Of a stretch of DNA of 64,000 nt, positions 1 through 8,634 are shown one piece after another. The position numbers were made by a program, and so were the translations under genes. Within the stretch, counting starts at the first letter, position 1. The number at the start of each line of letters is the position of its first letter. The notes below the pieces were generated by a model. It ran no database searches. It was not told the DNA's origin and saw only the letters and a list, made by a program, of their open reading frames with translations. Origin of the DNA: a virus (taxonomy: Duplodnaviria; Caudoviricetes); the IMG/VR virus record IMGVR_UViG_2663762783_000006, positions 1 to 64,000 of that record; one strand, written 5' to 3'.

Positions 1-969
1 TGGAACTACCTAAACGAACTTAGTCAGCGCTCCATTCGTGAGCGCGGAGGGTTCTTGTCGGCGTATGACTTGCAGAAGTACACGAACGGATGCGCCAAAG
101 AACTAGGGCTACATAGCCAGACCGTACAGTGCGTCAGTAAGGAGTATGTTACTCGCCGAAAGCAGTTTAAAAAGGTCCGTCTCAACTGGCGCAAGTCGGC
201 TGGCGTCCGGCGCTCGCTTGGCTGGATTCCTGTAAATACCGGCGCTGCAAGCTGGAAAAATGGGCAGGTCTACCATAACGGCCACTATTTCAAAGTATGG
301 GATAGCTACGGCCTAGCAGGTCATAAATTCCGCTCAGGCAGCTTTAGTGAAGATGCGCGCGGGCGCTGGTACTTCAATGTTGTGGTTGATGTTGAGGAAT
401 CGGCATCAATGGGCCAGGGCGCGGTGGGTATTGACCTCGGCCTGAAAGACTTGGCGACATGCAGTGACGGCAGAACGCTGGAAAATGGCAGGTTCTATCG
501 TGATCTGGAGCCTAAGTTAGCCATTGCCCAGCGCAGCCGAAACAAGGCCAGAACACGTGCGATTCATGCCAAGATCGCCAACCGGCGCAAAGATGCTCTA
601 CACAAGTTTAGCCGCCAGCTGGTGAACGGCTACGGCACGATAATCGTGGGCAATGTAAGCCCTTCAAAACTCGTTAAAACCAAAATGGCCAAGTCAGTGC
701 TGGATGCTGGCTGGTCCACGCTGAAAACAATGCTGGAATATAAATGCGATCACGCAGGCATTGTTTTCAAGGAAGTAAACGAGGCGTACACCACCCGCAC
801 CTGTTCGGCTTGCGGCTCCTTAACAGGGCCAAAAGGCGTCAATGGGTTGCGTATAAGAGAATGGACCTGCTGTGAGTGCGGTGTCGCTCACGACCGCGAT
901 ATCAATGCGGCCAGAAACATTCTCGCGCTCGGGCATGAGCGTCCATCTGTGGGAATCCCCGTCCTTTAG
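1..969 (+). CDS. tnpB: TnpB RNA-guided endonuclease (IS200/IS605/IS607-type), 5' end outside window
   Basis: RuvC-I GIDLG, zinc finger CSAC...CCEC, RuvC-III DRDINAARN; the frame appears to run in from before base 55. Confidence 0.93.
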   Translation, partial: WNYLNELSQRSIRERGGFLSAYDLQKYTNGCAKELGLHSQTVQCVSKEYVTRRKQFKKVRLNWRKSAGVRRSLGWIPVNTGAASWKNGQVYHNGHYFKVWDSYGLAGHKFRSGSFSEDARGRWYFNVVVDVEESASMGQGAVGIDLGLKDLATCSDGRTLENGRFYRDLEPKLAIAQRSRNKARTRAIHAKIANRRKDALHKFSRQLVNGYGTIIVGNVSPSKLVKTKMAKSVLDAGWSTLKTMLEYKCDHAGIVFKEVNEAYTTRTCSACGSLTGPKGVNGLRIREWTCCECGVAHDRDINAARNILALGHERPSVGIPVL

Positions 970-986
970 GGCGGGGAGGATGTCAA
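1..986 (+). mobile_element. Right part of a TnpB-encoding IS; subterminal hairpin at 957-976 and TCAA right end at 983-986
   Basis: CCCCGTCC-TTTA-GGGCGGGG hairpin followed by AGGATGTCAA, the typical IS605-family right end. Confidence 0.85.
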
Positions 987-1004
987 ATAAGGCTGGAAAA
1001 GGTA
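800..1004 (+). ncRNA. Putative TnpB omega/reRNA; guide read from the flank ATAAGGCTGGAAAAGG (5' boundary uncertain)
   Basis: Established TnpB architecture places it over the tnpB 3' end and right end; boundaries inferred. Confidence 0.5.
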
Positions 1005-1657
1005 TCGAACTGGACGAATGACAGGCGCAGCTCCTGCAAGCCATCCTCTCGGCGTGAGCCTTCGTACTCAATGGAGGCAGGCCGCATGATGTACGTCTCG
1101 CTAAATGCCTTGCTGGCGTTCTCCGCCTTGGTGCTCGGCACGCCCTGCGTGATCGTGATACGCACCAGGTAGTCAACCGGCAGACCTACCGTTCCATCAC
1201 CAGGCGCAATGCGTCGCTTGAGGTCCTTAAACCAGGTCTTCACGCTGCCGCCTAAGTCGTCATATGTGGTCACTGACAACTGTACAGCCTCGACGCCCTC
1301 AACCTTGTCAAAAGTGCCCGCTCCGACGTTGACCGACTCGCCGCGCACCGTTAGCGCAGAGTAGCTGTAGTCAATCACCAGCATGTTCATGTTGGGTGCG
1401 GTGCCGGTTTCAAGTGCCTGCGCGCTAAAGACAAACAGGTTGCCGCGTGCGCGATCGATCGACATGGCGTCTTCGATAGCGCTGCGCCAGTTCGACTCAG
1501 ACAGGCCGCCAAACAAGGCGCGCTTGCCCTCTTTGACGCTGCTGGTGCGCTTCTGATTGAGCAGGTCGGTGCCGACTTTCAAAACCGGCGAGAGACGGCC
1601 TAGCGAGCTAAGCGCATCATTGCCGATGCGGTTGGCTATGTTTGAAAACACGCTCAT
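983..1657 (-). CDS. P1 Tub-like tube initiator/baseplate protein
   Basis: Tube-like beta pattern ending LSFVQFD; position in the tail module. Confidence 0.55.
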   Translation of the reverse strand: MSVFSNIANRIGNDALSSLGRLSPVLKVGTDLLNQKRTSSVKEGKRALFGGLSESNWRSAIEDAMSIDRARGNLFVFSAQALETGTAPNMNMLVIDYSYSALTVRGESVNVGAGTFDKVEGVEAVQLSVTTYDDLGGSVKTWFKDLKRRIAPGDGTVGLPVDYLVRITITQGVPSTKAENASKAFSETYIMRPASIEYEGSRREDGLQELRLSFVQFDTFSSLI

Positions 1658-2124
1658 ATCGTCATGACACCCATGTAGAACGACATGGTTGGCATTGCCT
1701 CATGGCGCGCGTTTATGTCCGCTTGGACGGCGTCCGCACTACGCCCAAAGCCCTCGATCCCGTTGGCGCGGCTGGCCTCGATCCCCTTGGCGTTCTCAAG
1801 CTCGACGTACAAGTCAAACAAGGGCTTGATAAGCGCCAGCTCCGATGCGCTCAGGTCAAAATCCTGCGCACCTTCAAAACCGTTAGTGGCGTCTACTGGA
1901 GAATGAACACCCTGGCCATAGGCAGGAAATTGCGGTATCGGCAAGCCATCGGCAGCGGCTTGCTGCTGCATGCGCTCGAACTCACTTGGGGCGCTTTTAA
2001 GCGTTGCATAGCCGCAATAAAAACGCACAGCCTGCTTGAGGCTGCGCGTTATCTGCTCATCGGTCAGGATCACGCCTAGCGGTAGTTCCGCCAGGTACGC
2101 TGCTACCAGCTCTGAGCATTTCAT
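1654..2124 (-). CDS. Virion morphogenesis protein, possibly head-tail adaptor
   Basis: Helical 156 aa protein coupled to neighbouring structural genes. Confidence 0.45.
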   Translation of the reverse strand: MKCSELVAAYLAELPLGVILTDEQITRSLKQAVRFYCGYATLKSAPSEFERMQQQAAADGLPIPQFPAYGQGVHSPVDATNGFEGAQDFDLSASELALIKPLFDLYVELENAKGIEASRANGIEGFGRSADAVQADINARHEAMPTMSFYMGVMTI

Positions 2125-2127
2125 GGC

Positions 2128-2601
2128 TTACGCCTGGCCGACGTAGTGGCCGAACATCGTGCCCGTCCAGATACCCAGCGCCGCACGGTTTTCGGTATCG
2201 CGGTCCATCGGCTCGATCTGGAACCAGCACTTAATCATGCGCGCCGTTTTCGTCGGGTTCTCGATAGTGCCTTCGTACACACGGCAATTGAAATAGCCAC
2301 CGCCTTCGTTGATCTGGCGCACCATGTCACGAATGTGGTTAAGCTTGGTTTCGATCATCTGCACAGGCCCCTGAATAAAGATATTCATTTGCTGTGCCTG
2401 GCCCACCTTGATGCCCATAGGCGAAGCCACTTCGATAGAGCCCTCAGACGACAGAATCGGCATCGGGAACTGCTTAAACAGCAGCGTTCGGTCTTCGAAT
2501 CCATCGATAACCATGTGCGTGTCGGAGTTGACAATCTTGTCGCCAAGCGCCAACTGAGCTTGCAGTACCTGGTTAAGGTACGCTTCGTTACTAACAGTCA
2601 T
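2128..2601 (-). CDS. Tail tube protein (P1 BplB-like)
   Basis: Resembles P1 BplB (GDKIVNSD...P.G.K..Q...VQMIET...D.DTEN); next to the PmgG-like gene. Confidence 0.7.
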   Translation of the reverse strand: MTVSNEAYLNQVLQAQLALGDKIVNSDTHMVIDGFEDRTLLFKQFPMPILSSEGSIEVASPMGIKVGQAQQMNIFIQGPVQMIETKLNHIRDMVRQINEGGGYFNCRVYEGTIENPTKTARMIKCWFQIEPMDRDTENRAALGIWTGTMFGHYVGQA

Positions 2602-2616
2602 GCTACTACTACCTCA

Positions 2617-3660
2617 TTAGGTAAACATTTTTGCGATATCAGTCCGGTCTAGCGCGGTCAGCGTGGCAAGCTGGACTTGAACCGGCAGATACACGTAACG
2701 GCCCGTTGCATCACGAGGCGCATCAAGCGGATGCCCGACGGTCTCTATCACCATTGGCGGAAACGCCTGGCCTCCGTAGTTCATGGCCACCATCAGCGGC
2801 GCAATCGACGGAAACAGTGCGGTAATAAGCTTTGCAGCATCGTCCAGCGTGCGCGCTTCGCCTGCCTGGCGGATCACGCCAGCCAGCACGCCGTCGGCAT
2901 AGAGCTGCTGCGGCAATGTCCAGCTTAATAGGCGTTTGTACTGCGTCATCAGCTCCTTTTCCGAGTCGCGCACGGCGCGCAGGTGGAGCGTCATATTGAT
3001 GCGCATAGGCAGCATGCCGGTAAACACCTGGCGCGAGTTAAGCCGCGTAATGCCGGTGCGGTTTTCCAGCTCGTTCAAGGTCTGCTGCGCTTGCTCCGAT
3101 ACGCTCCCGCCCGTAATTTCAGATGGCAGAACGTCAGAGATAGCATTAAGCACCGTACCGAACTGGCCAGACTGGAGCATTGCCGCCAGCATGGGCGCTT
3201 TGCTTTCAGGGCCTGCGCCCTCGAACGGCGACTGCCAGTTTTGAGTCAGCTCAAGCGTGGCTTCGGAGATGGGGCCAAGCACATAGCTCGGCTCGGTCGG
3301 AACCTGTATGCGTTTCTTGTCGCACGCAAATAACTGCGCAATCAGCTTGGGGTTTAAGTTGCCCCATGTGACCTTTGCCGACTGGCCATTGACCAGGCTG
3401 CCGAAAAGCCCGCCCAGGAGCCCGCCCAACGGTCCCGACTGCGTTACCGCGCCGATAATTTCAGAGCCCAGGCTATCGGTAACGTCGGAGGCGACTTGCT
3501 GCGCACCACTGATTAAAGACGACGGCACGCCCACGTCCGAGGCAAAGCCCGCAAGTGACTTGCCTGCATCGCCCAAAGTAGAACGGGCTCCGTTTATGGC
3601 GGAACCCGTTGCACTTGTCACAGTGGTTGCAGCGCCCTTGATCGAATCAAAGACGCTCAT
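2617..3660 (-). CDS. P1 PmgG-like baseplate/tube junction protein
   Basis: QNWQSPFEG motif; synteny bplB-pmgG-21-22-23 as in P1. Confidence 0.6.
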   Translation of the reverse strand: MSVFDSIKGAATTVTSATGSAINGARSTLGDAGKSLAGFASDVGVPSSLISGAQQVASDVTDSLGSEIIGAVTQSGPLGGLLGGLFGSLVNGQSAKVTWGNLNPKLIAQLFACDKKRIQVPTEPSYVLGPISEATLELTQNWQSPFEGAGPESKAPMLAAMLQSGQFGTVLNAISDVLPSEITGGSVSEQAQQTLNELENRTGITRLNSRQVFTGMLPMRINMTLHLRAVRDSEKELMTQYKRLLSWTLPQQLYADGVLAGVIRQAGEARTLDDAAKLITALFPSIAPLMVAMNYGGQAFPPMVIETVGHPLDAPRDATGRYVYLPVQVQLATLTALDRTDIAKMFT

Positions 3661-3663
3661 GGC

Positions 3664-4434
3664 TTACAGCCCCATCTTGCGACGAATACGCATGCTCTTG
3701 GCACGCTTGAGCTTGGCAATGCTGGTGCGCGACTTCATAAGCATCTTACGCACGGCCACTTTCTGGCCAGCAGACAGGATCACCTTGCCCGATACGCGCT
3801 TATTGATCTTCACCTTCTTGCCATTGCGGATAGCAACGCGCTTCTTGTAGACCGCATCAAGCGCAGCTTCGTCGGAGCCGTCACCCATCACAAAGCTGGC
3901 AGGGTCGCTGCCGTCTTCGATAGCCGCCGCCACAAACTCTTGCACGCGCTCGCCCGCGTCGTTATCCCAATCGTCCAGCAGGGACACTAGGTCGTCATCT
4001 GCAACACCCATGCTTTCCAGCACGGTAGCCACGTCATCGACGATATCGGCCAGCTCCTCGGATTGCTCGTCGGTCAAGTCGTCCTCAACGTCATAGGGCA
4101 GCGCGCCAACGCACAGCGAAAGCAGGCGGTCGGCATAGCCTTCGCCCTGCTCCAGGTCGTCAGTCTCGGCCCACTGGTACACAATGGCAGCGGCGTCAAT
4201 GGCAGACACGTCATCTAGCACGCCGTCAAACACGGTAACGCCGTCCAGCATAGTGACGCCGTCCAGGGCCTTATTGCCTTCGCCTTCGCCTTCGCCTTCG
4301 CCTTCGTCCTTGCCGTCTTTGCCTTCGTCAGCGGTAGTGCTGGCGGAGTCAAGTGCCTGCGTAGCGGCCTTGGCGGCCTCCAGTTCAGCCAGGCGGCGCG
4401 CGCGCGCCGCATCACGTACATACTGCATATACAT
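3664..4434 (-). CDS. P1 gp21-like morphogenesis protein, acidic body with basic C-terminus
   Basis: Synteny with the sheath gene; C-terminus KLKRAKSMRIRRKMGL. Confidence 0.65.
   Translation of the reverse strand: MYMQYVRDAARARRLAELEAAKAATQALDSASTTADEGKDGKDEGEGEGEGEGNKALDGVTMLDGVTVFDGVLDDVSAIDAAAIVYQWAETDDLEQGEGYADRLLSLCVGALPYDVEDDLTDEQSEELADIVDDVATVLESMGVADDDLVSLLDDWDNDAGERVQEFVAAAIEDGSDPASFVMGDGSDEAALDAVYKKRVAIRNGKKVKINKRVSGKVILSAGQKVAVRKMLMKSRTSIAKLKRAKSMRIRRKMGL
4276..4305. repeat. (GCCTTC)x5 coding microsatellite encoding Glu-Gly repeats
   Basis: Seen directly. Confidence 0.9.
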
Positions 4435-4444
4435 TTTCTACTCC

Positions 4445-6067
4445 TTACTTGCTCAACGTCTGGCCGACCGTGATGATTCGCGCCACGCCGTTGTAGGAAA
4501 TTTGGTAGCGAACATCCATTTTCTCTTTGGGATAGCGGGCGTTCGGCACAATCGTTGCGGTCCACGCAGAGCCTTTCAGGGCGTCAGAGGGAACAAACCA
4601 CTCAGCCGCTTGAAGGGTCGGGAAAAGCGTCTCGATGTACGTTTTCATGTCTCTGAGCGCGACACTCATCGGCTTCTGCAAGCACTCCTTACCAAAGCTT
4701 GTAATAGCCGTATCCACGTCAGCAGACATCTCTGCGGTGCTAGCCAGCTTTTTATCGCCAGTAGTCAGCGCAGCAGCTACGGTCAGCGAGTCACGGAAGA
4801 CGTACAGGCCGCCGTCGTTGTAAACCTCGTAGCACACAGGGTTCACGCCGACTTTCGCCAGGGCATCCAGCTGCGGGTCGGTCAGCTTGACGGTTTGGCG
4901 CATACCAGTTCGGCCAATCGGATATGCCTTGCCTGCAACCGGATAGTGCTTTGGCGCGACGTTGTTGGCGTCGGTCTGAGCGTTACGGGCGCAGCGCATG
5001 CCGATCTGTAGGCCAGACGCGCCGATGTATGCCTTACCGCCGTTAATCGGGTCATCCGAGACAACCGGCATCCAGTAGGCAACCGGATAATGCGTCGTCA
5101 GATTCAACGACTTCATGAACGCAACCACGCCTTCGACAGACAAGTCGCCAGGCACGTCGAAGGGGAACGGCTTGTTTACCTTGTAGGCAAAGTTCGCCAT
5201 CTTCGAGATAAGTGCGGTATTGCGCGAACCGCCGACATGCAGATAGCCATAGCCGATATCGGTATCCCACAGCCGCTGAATGGCTGTGTCATAGTCCGCA
5301 TTGGCGTAGGTAGTGCCGCCCTCGCTAAAGTAGTTCAGCGTGGCATAGCTCCACTTCTCGACGCCGTCGCTGTCCAGACCGTAGAACGGCGCAGCAGGGT
5401 CTACAGAGGTCTTGGCAACGCCGACTTCGACGAACTCGGTCAGACCGGAGACAATGGACGGCAGGTAGTAGGACATGCCGCTTTCGTCTTTGTCGGTCAC
5501 GATCAACGAGCCTTGGAACTCGTCGAACAAGTCGTTACCGCTGGCAACGTCAATCAGCTTGAGCTTAATCTCGGAGCTGGCCACGGCTGCGCCATTGTCG
5601 TCGGTCTTTTCAACGGCATGAATGCCGATCTTGACGCCATCGTTAAAGCACTCCAGGTGCTTGACGCTAATCAGCGCCGTAGCAGGCAGCGTGTCAGCCA
5701 CCGACCAGACAGGTGCGTCAGCAGTAGCCGGAACGGTCGCAACCATCAAGCTCAGCTTGGCAGCAGCAGGAACCAGACGAGAAACCACAGCCTGATATGC
5801 GCCAGCATCAAGGGCTTCATACAGTTGCACATGCGCTTCGTTCAGCGCACTGGCCAGGATGGATTGAGGCTGACCAATCATGCGCGCACGCACGGATTCG
5901 TCAATCAGAAATGCGCGATCAATCGCGCCGCGCTCGAAGCGACCGACCGTCGCGAAAATCTGGTCGGTATTCGATAAGACACCGCGATTCGTGGCGCCCA
6001 CCAGGCTAAGCAGCTGGACACCCGACCGATACGTGATCTTATCGCGAGAGAATGCGATAGCAGTCAT
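4445..6067 (-). CDS. Contractile tail sheath protein (P1 gp22-like)
   Basis: 540 aa; sheath motifs GRFERG, LAKVGVNPV, FRDSLT, YNGVAR. Confidence 0.85.
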   Translation of the reverse strand: MTAIAFSRDKITYRSGVQLLSLVGATNRGVLSNTDQIFATVGRFERGAIDRAFLIDESVRARMIGQPQSILASALNEAHVQLYEALDAGAYQAVVSRLVPAAAKLSLMVATVPATADAPVWSVADTLPATALISVKHLECFNDGVKIGIHAVEKTDDNGAAVASSEIKLKLIDVASGNDLFDEFQGSLIVTDKDESGMSYYLPSIVSGLTEFVEVGVAKTSVDPAAPFYGLDSDGVEKWSYATLNYFSEGGTTYANADYDTAIQRLWDTDIGYGYLHVGGSRNTALISKMANFAYKVNKPFPFDVPGDLSVEGVVAFMKSLNLTTHYPVAYWMPVVSDDPINGGKAYIGASGLQIGMRCARNAQTDANNVAPKHYPVAGKAYPIGRTGMRQTVKLTDPQLDALAKVGVNPVCYEVYNDGGLYVFRDSLTVAAALTTGDKKLASTAEMSADVDTAITSFGKECLQKPMSVALRDMKTYIETLFPTLQAAEWFVPSDALKGSAWTATIVPNARYPKEKMDVRYQISYNGVARIITVGQTLSK

Positions 6068-6369
6068 TTAACAGCCCCCTTGGGCAACTTCGTCGTAACA
6101 CTGCCTATTTTCTCGCGCCCCAAAACGTCACCCACGGCGACTATTCCGAAAACTACGTGATGCAGCTGGTCGAAGTTCTGGCAGGTGTGAACTGCGCTTG
6201 CGCCAGGCTTGATTTCCAGCGTTGGAATGGCCTGCGCCAGTACCAATGCGTGCGGCAGCTCATGCGTGATGCAGACGTCTAGCGGGAACTCGCAGCCCTC
6301 AGACAAGCTGCGCGCCAGCGCCAGGGCATCCATGTTTTTGCCAAGCTCGATGGCCGTTACTTTGCTCAT
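6064..6369 (-). CDS. Hypothetical virion-associated protein
   Basis: Overlap-coupled ORF (MSKVTAIE start) between capsid and sheath genes. Confidence 0.6.
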   Translation of the reverse strand: MSKVTAIELGKNMDALALARSLSEGCEFPLDVCITHELPHALVLAQAIPTLEIKPGASAVHTCQNFDQLHHVVFGIVAVGDVLGREKIGSVTTKLPKGAVK

Positions 6370-6821
6370 TGCGCAGCCATCCAATGCAGCCCTTCGCCTT
6401 CGTCCCAACGGAACAAGCCGCGCAGCTCGCTAATGTGGCCTTCACACGCGGCGCGGTGCTCGGCATCGCGAAAGACGACTAGGCGTTCCTCGCCTGGCTC
6501 AAGCGTAAAGCCCAGCGGGCGCAGGACTTTGGTCATAGGCGTGTGGTTGGCCAGAATTGCCGTCAGCGCGGCGGGTTCGTCGTCCTGGTCATTACCAGAC
6601 GAGTCGCCTTGCTCGCCAGCTGCTGGCGTCTCGGGCGTCTCGCCTGGCTCGGGGGAATCGCCATCCTCAGAAGCAGGCGCGCCCGACTCAGGGGCCGGTA
6701 CAGGGGTTCCTGCATCGGCTTGAGTCGGGTTTGCTTGCTCGGGAGCGGCGACAGTGGTGGTTTCTTCCGCTGTCTGCTCAGTAGGAGCAGACGCGGCAGC
6801 CTTAGCTTTCCGCGTCGTCAT
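6366..6821 (-). CDS. Hypothetical protein with low-complexity Pro/Glu/Ala N-terminus
   Basis: AGGAG RBS directly after the capsid stop codon. Confidence 0.65.
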   Translation of the reverse strand: MTTRKAKAAASAPTEQTAEETTTVAAPEQANPTQADAGTPVPAPESGAPASEDGDSPEPGETPETPAAGEQGDSSGNDQDDEPAALTAILANHTPMTKVLRPLGFTLEPGEERLVVFRDAEHRAACEGHISELRGLFRWDEGEGLHWMAAQ

Positions 6822-6831
6822 ACCCTACTCC

Positions 6832-8505
6832 TTACGCCGCCTTGAACAGGCCGGTAACGTTGATGAGAGCCGCGCCGCACGCCGATGCCTGGTGCGGGTT
6901 GACGCTGGTGAAGTTACGGGCGTAGAGCGCCTGGCCGTAATTCATGTCCTGACCGAACGAAGTCGGCAGCACAGTCACAGGAACCGCGTCACCCATCACG
7001 AAACTGTTACGCGCCGGAGAGTTGGAGCGGCCCAAGCAGAGAATCTGCGACGTGCCAGCGGCCTCGTCTTCCACCAGTTCCCAAGGCGTGTAGTACACCT
7101 CGAAGCGACCAAACAGCTTGCCCAGGCGGTAGATGCCAGGAATAGCGGTCAGGCCGGACGGCGCGAACAGGTCGGACGGCAGGTTTTCAAACTGCGCCTT
7201 GACCAGCTTGCCGACGTAGAGGTGCGTAACGCCGCGATCCATTGTCAGCTCGGCCATCTTCTGGTCAACGATGCCCAGCACGGCAGGCAGGTCGGACCAG
7301 ATTTGCGCGCGGGTCTTCTGCGACATCTGGTTGGTGTAGTCAAAGTCGAAGTCTTCAACGTTGACCGCCGCCAGTTCCAGCGCCTTACGCAGGATGGAGC
7401 GATGACGCTCGACAGTGACCTGGTTACGGGCCGCCAACAAGCTTTCGCCTTGCAGGTCCATCCCGATTTCATTCTGGTACTGCGTCTTGGAGTCAATTGT
7501 CTGAGTCAACAGACCGCGCCACGGTACAGCGTACAGGTTGTAGGTCTGGACTTGCGTCATAACCTTGGGCGTTACCGACGGATCGATTTCATAGTTAATG
7601 AAACCTTCCACGGTCACTTTCGTACCGGCTGGCAATGCAGGTGCGAAGTTCAGTACAACCGCGCCAGTGCCCAGGTTCACGCCGCCTGTGATGGCGTAAG
7701 ATTCGCCTTTCAGGATGACGTTGCCAGAAATGGGGCTATTGACCGTGGCGGCGTTGGAGTTGGAGTTTTCGTAAGCGACAGGGAAGCCGTTTACATAAAC
7801 GATTGTACGGTTACGCAGCAGCTTGACATTGGCCGCGCCGCCCTTGGTCAGTGACAGGCCAGCTGTACCGCTCAGACGGTCGGTTGCCAGCGCAACAGCC
7901 GCGCGACGCTCGGAGCTAAAGAACGTGCCGCCGATGTTAATGCCGTCCAGCGAGCCGCCTTGCGTGTAGTCGCCAGTGTTGGACGCGGACAGGTGCGAAA
8001 CGATGCCCAGGATAGCTTGGTTGGAGCCGATGCCGGTGGGCAGGTAAGTCGCGGCAGGAAACGCCTCGGCGATAGCCGTCAGCAGGCCAATCTGAATATT
8101 CTCAGGCATGGCAGACTGCGGGTCGTGCGCAGCGGTGCTGCCGACGCCGTCAAGCAACAGCTCTTTTGCGCTCATGCCGTAGGCTTTAACCTGGTCAAGA
8201 GCCGCCTCGATCACGTCAGCGGTCGGCAGAACGCCGTGGCGCTTCTCGTGAGCGCGCATGCCTTGCAGAACGCTGTCAACGATCAGCTTGCCAGCTTTGC
8301 CGTCCAGCTTGCTGTCAAAGAAGTCCATCGTGCTTTTCAGGGAAGCAGGCATGCGTTCAGTGCTGGACTTGATAAACGAATCAACTGCACCGCCGCCATT
8401 TGCGCTGTCCAGTGCGACGCCGCCCTTCGTTTCGTGATAAAGCGAGTCGAAAGCTACTTCGGTATCGGCAGCCGACTCGTTTGCGTAGTTAGCGCGTGTA
8501 GTCAT
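6832..8505 (-). CDS. Major capsid protein precursor (P1 gp23-like)
   Basis: 557 aa; P1 gp23-like size and C-terminal motifs (IYRLGKLFG..EVYYTP, VMGDAVP, NPH). Confidence 0.88.
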   Translation of the reverse strand: MTTRANYANESAADTEVAFDSLYHETKGGVALDSANGGGAVDSFIKSSTERMPASLKSTMDFFDSKLDGKAGKLIVDSVLQGMRAHEKRHGVLPTADVIEAALDQVKAYGMSAKELLLDGVGSTAAHDPQSAMPENIQIGLLTAIAEAFPAATYLPTGIGSNQAILGIVSHLSASNTGDYTQGGSLDGINIGGTFFSSERRAAVALATDRLSGTAGLSLTKGGAANVKLLRNRTIVYVNGFPVAYENSNSNAATVNSPISGNVILKGESYAITGGVNLGTGAVVLNFAPALPAGTKVTVEGFINYEIDPSVTPKVMTQVQTYNLYAVPWRGLLTQTIDSKTQYQNEIGMDLQGESLLAARNQVTVERHRSILRKALELAAVNVEDFDFDYTNQMSQKTRAQIWSDLPAVLGIVDQKMAELTMDRGVTHLYVGKLVKAQFENLPSDLFAPSGLTAIPGIYRLGKLFGRFEVYYTPWELVEDEAAGTSQILCLGRSNSPARNSFVMGDAVPVTVLPTSFGQDMNYGQALYARNFTSVNPHQASACGAALINVTGLFKAA

Positions 8506-8557
8506 GGAAAACTCGTCTCATGAGTAATGAAAAGGTGCCCTCTAGGAGCTGGTGCTA

Positions 8558-8598
8558 ACTGTAAGGGGGCTTGACAAGCCCCCTTTTTGGCACTTTCC
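8558..8598 (-). promoter_or_regulatory. Putative late promoter GGAAAG-N29-TACAGT for the capsid operon; contains hairpin 8563-8585
   Basis: Member of the ~14-copy motif family. Confidence 0.7.
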
Positions 8599-8634
8599 CA
8601 ACTACTCACGAAACGAGGTTTAAGCGGTCTTGCC

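Noticed and set aside
55-969. Catalytically dead TnpB (TldR-like)
   Set aside because: Both catalytic Asp residues and an alternative Glu are present, and the IS right end is intact.
4276-4305. Phase variation at the hexamer repeat
   Set aside because: The unit is a multiple of three, so slippage changes only linker length.
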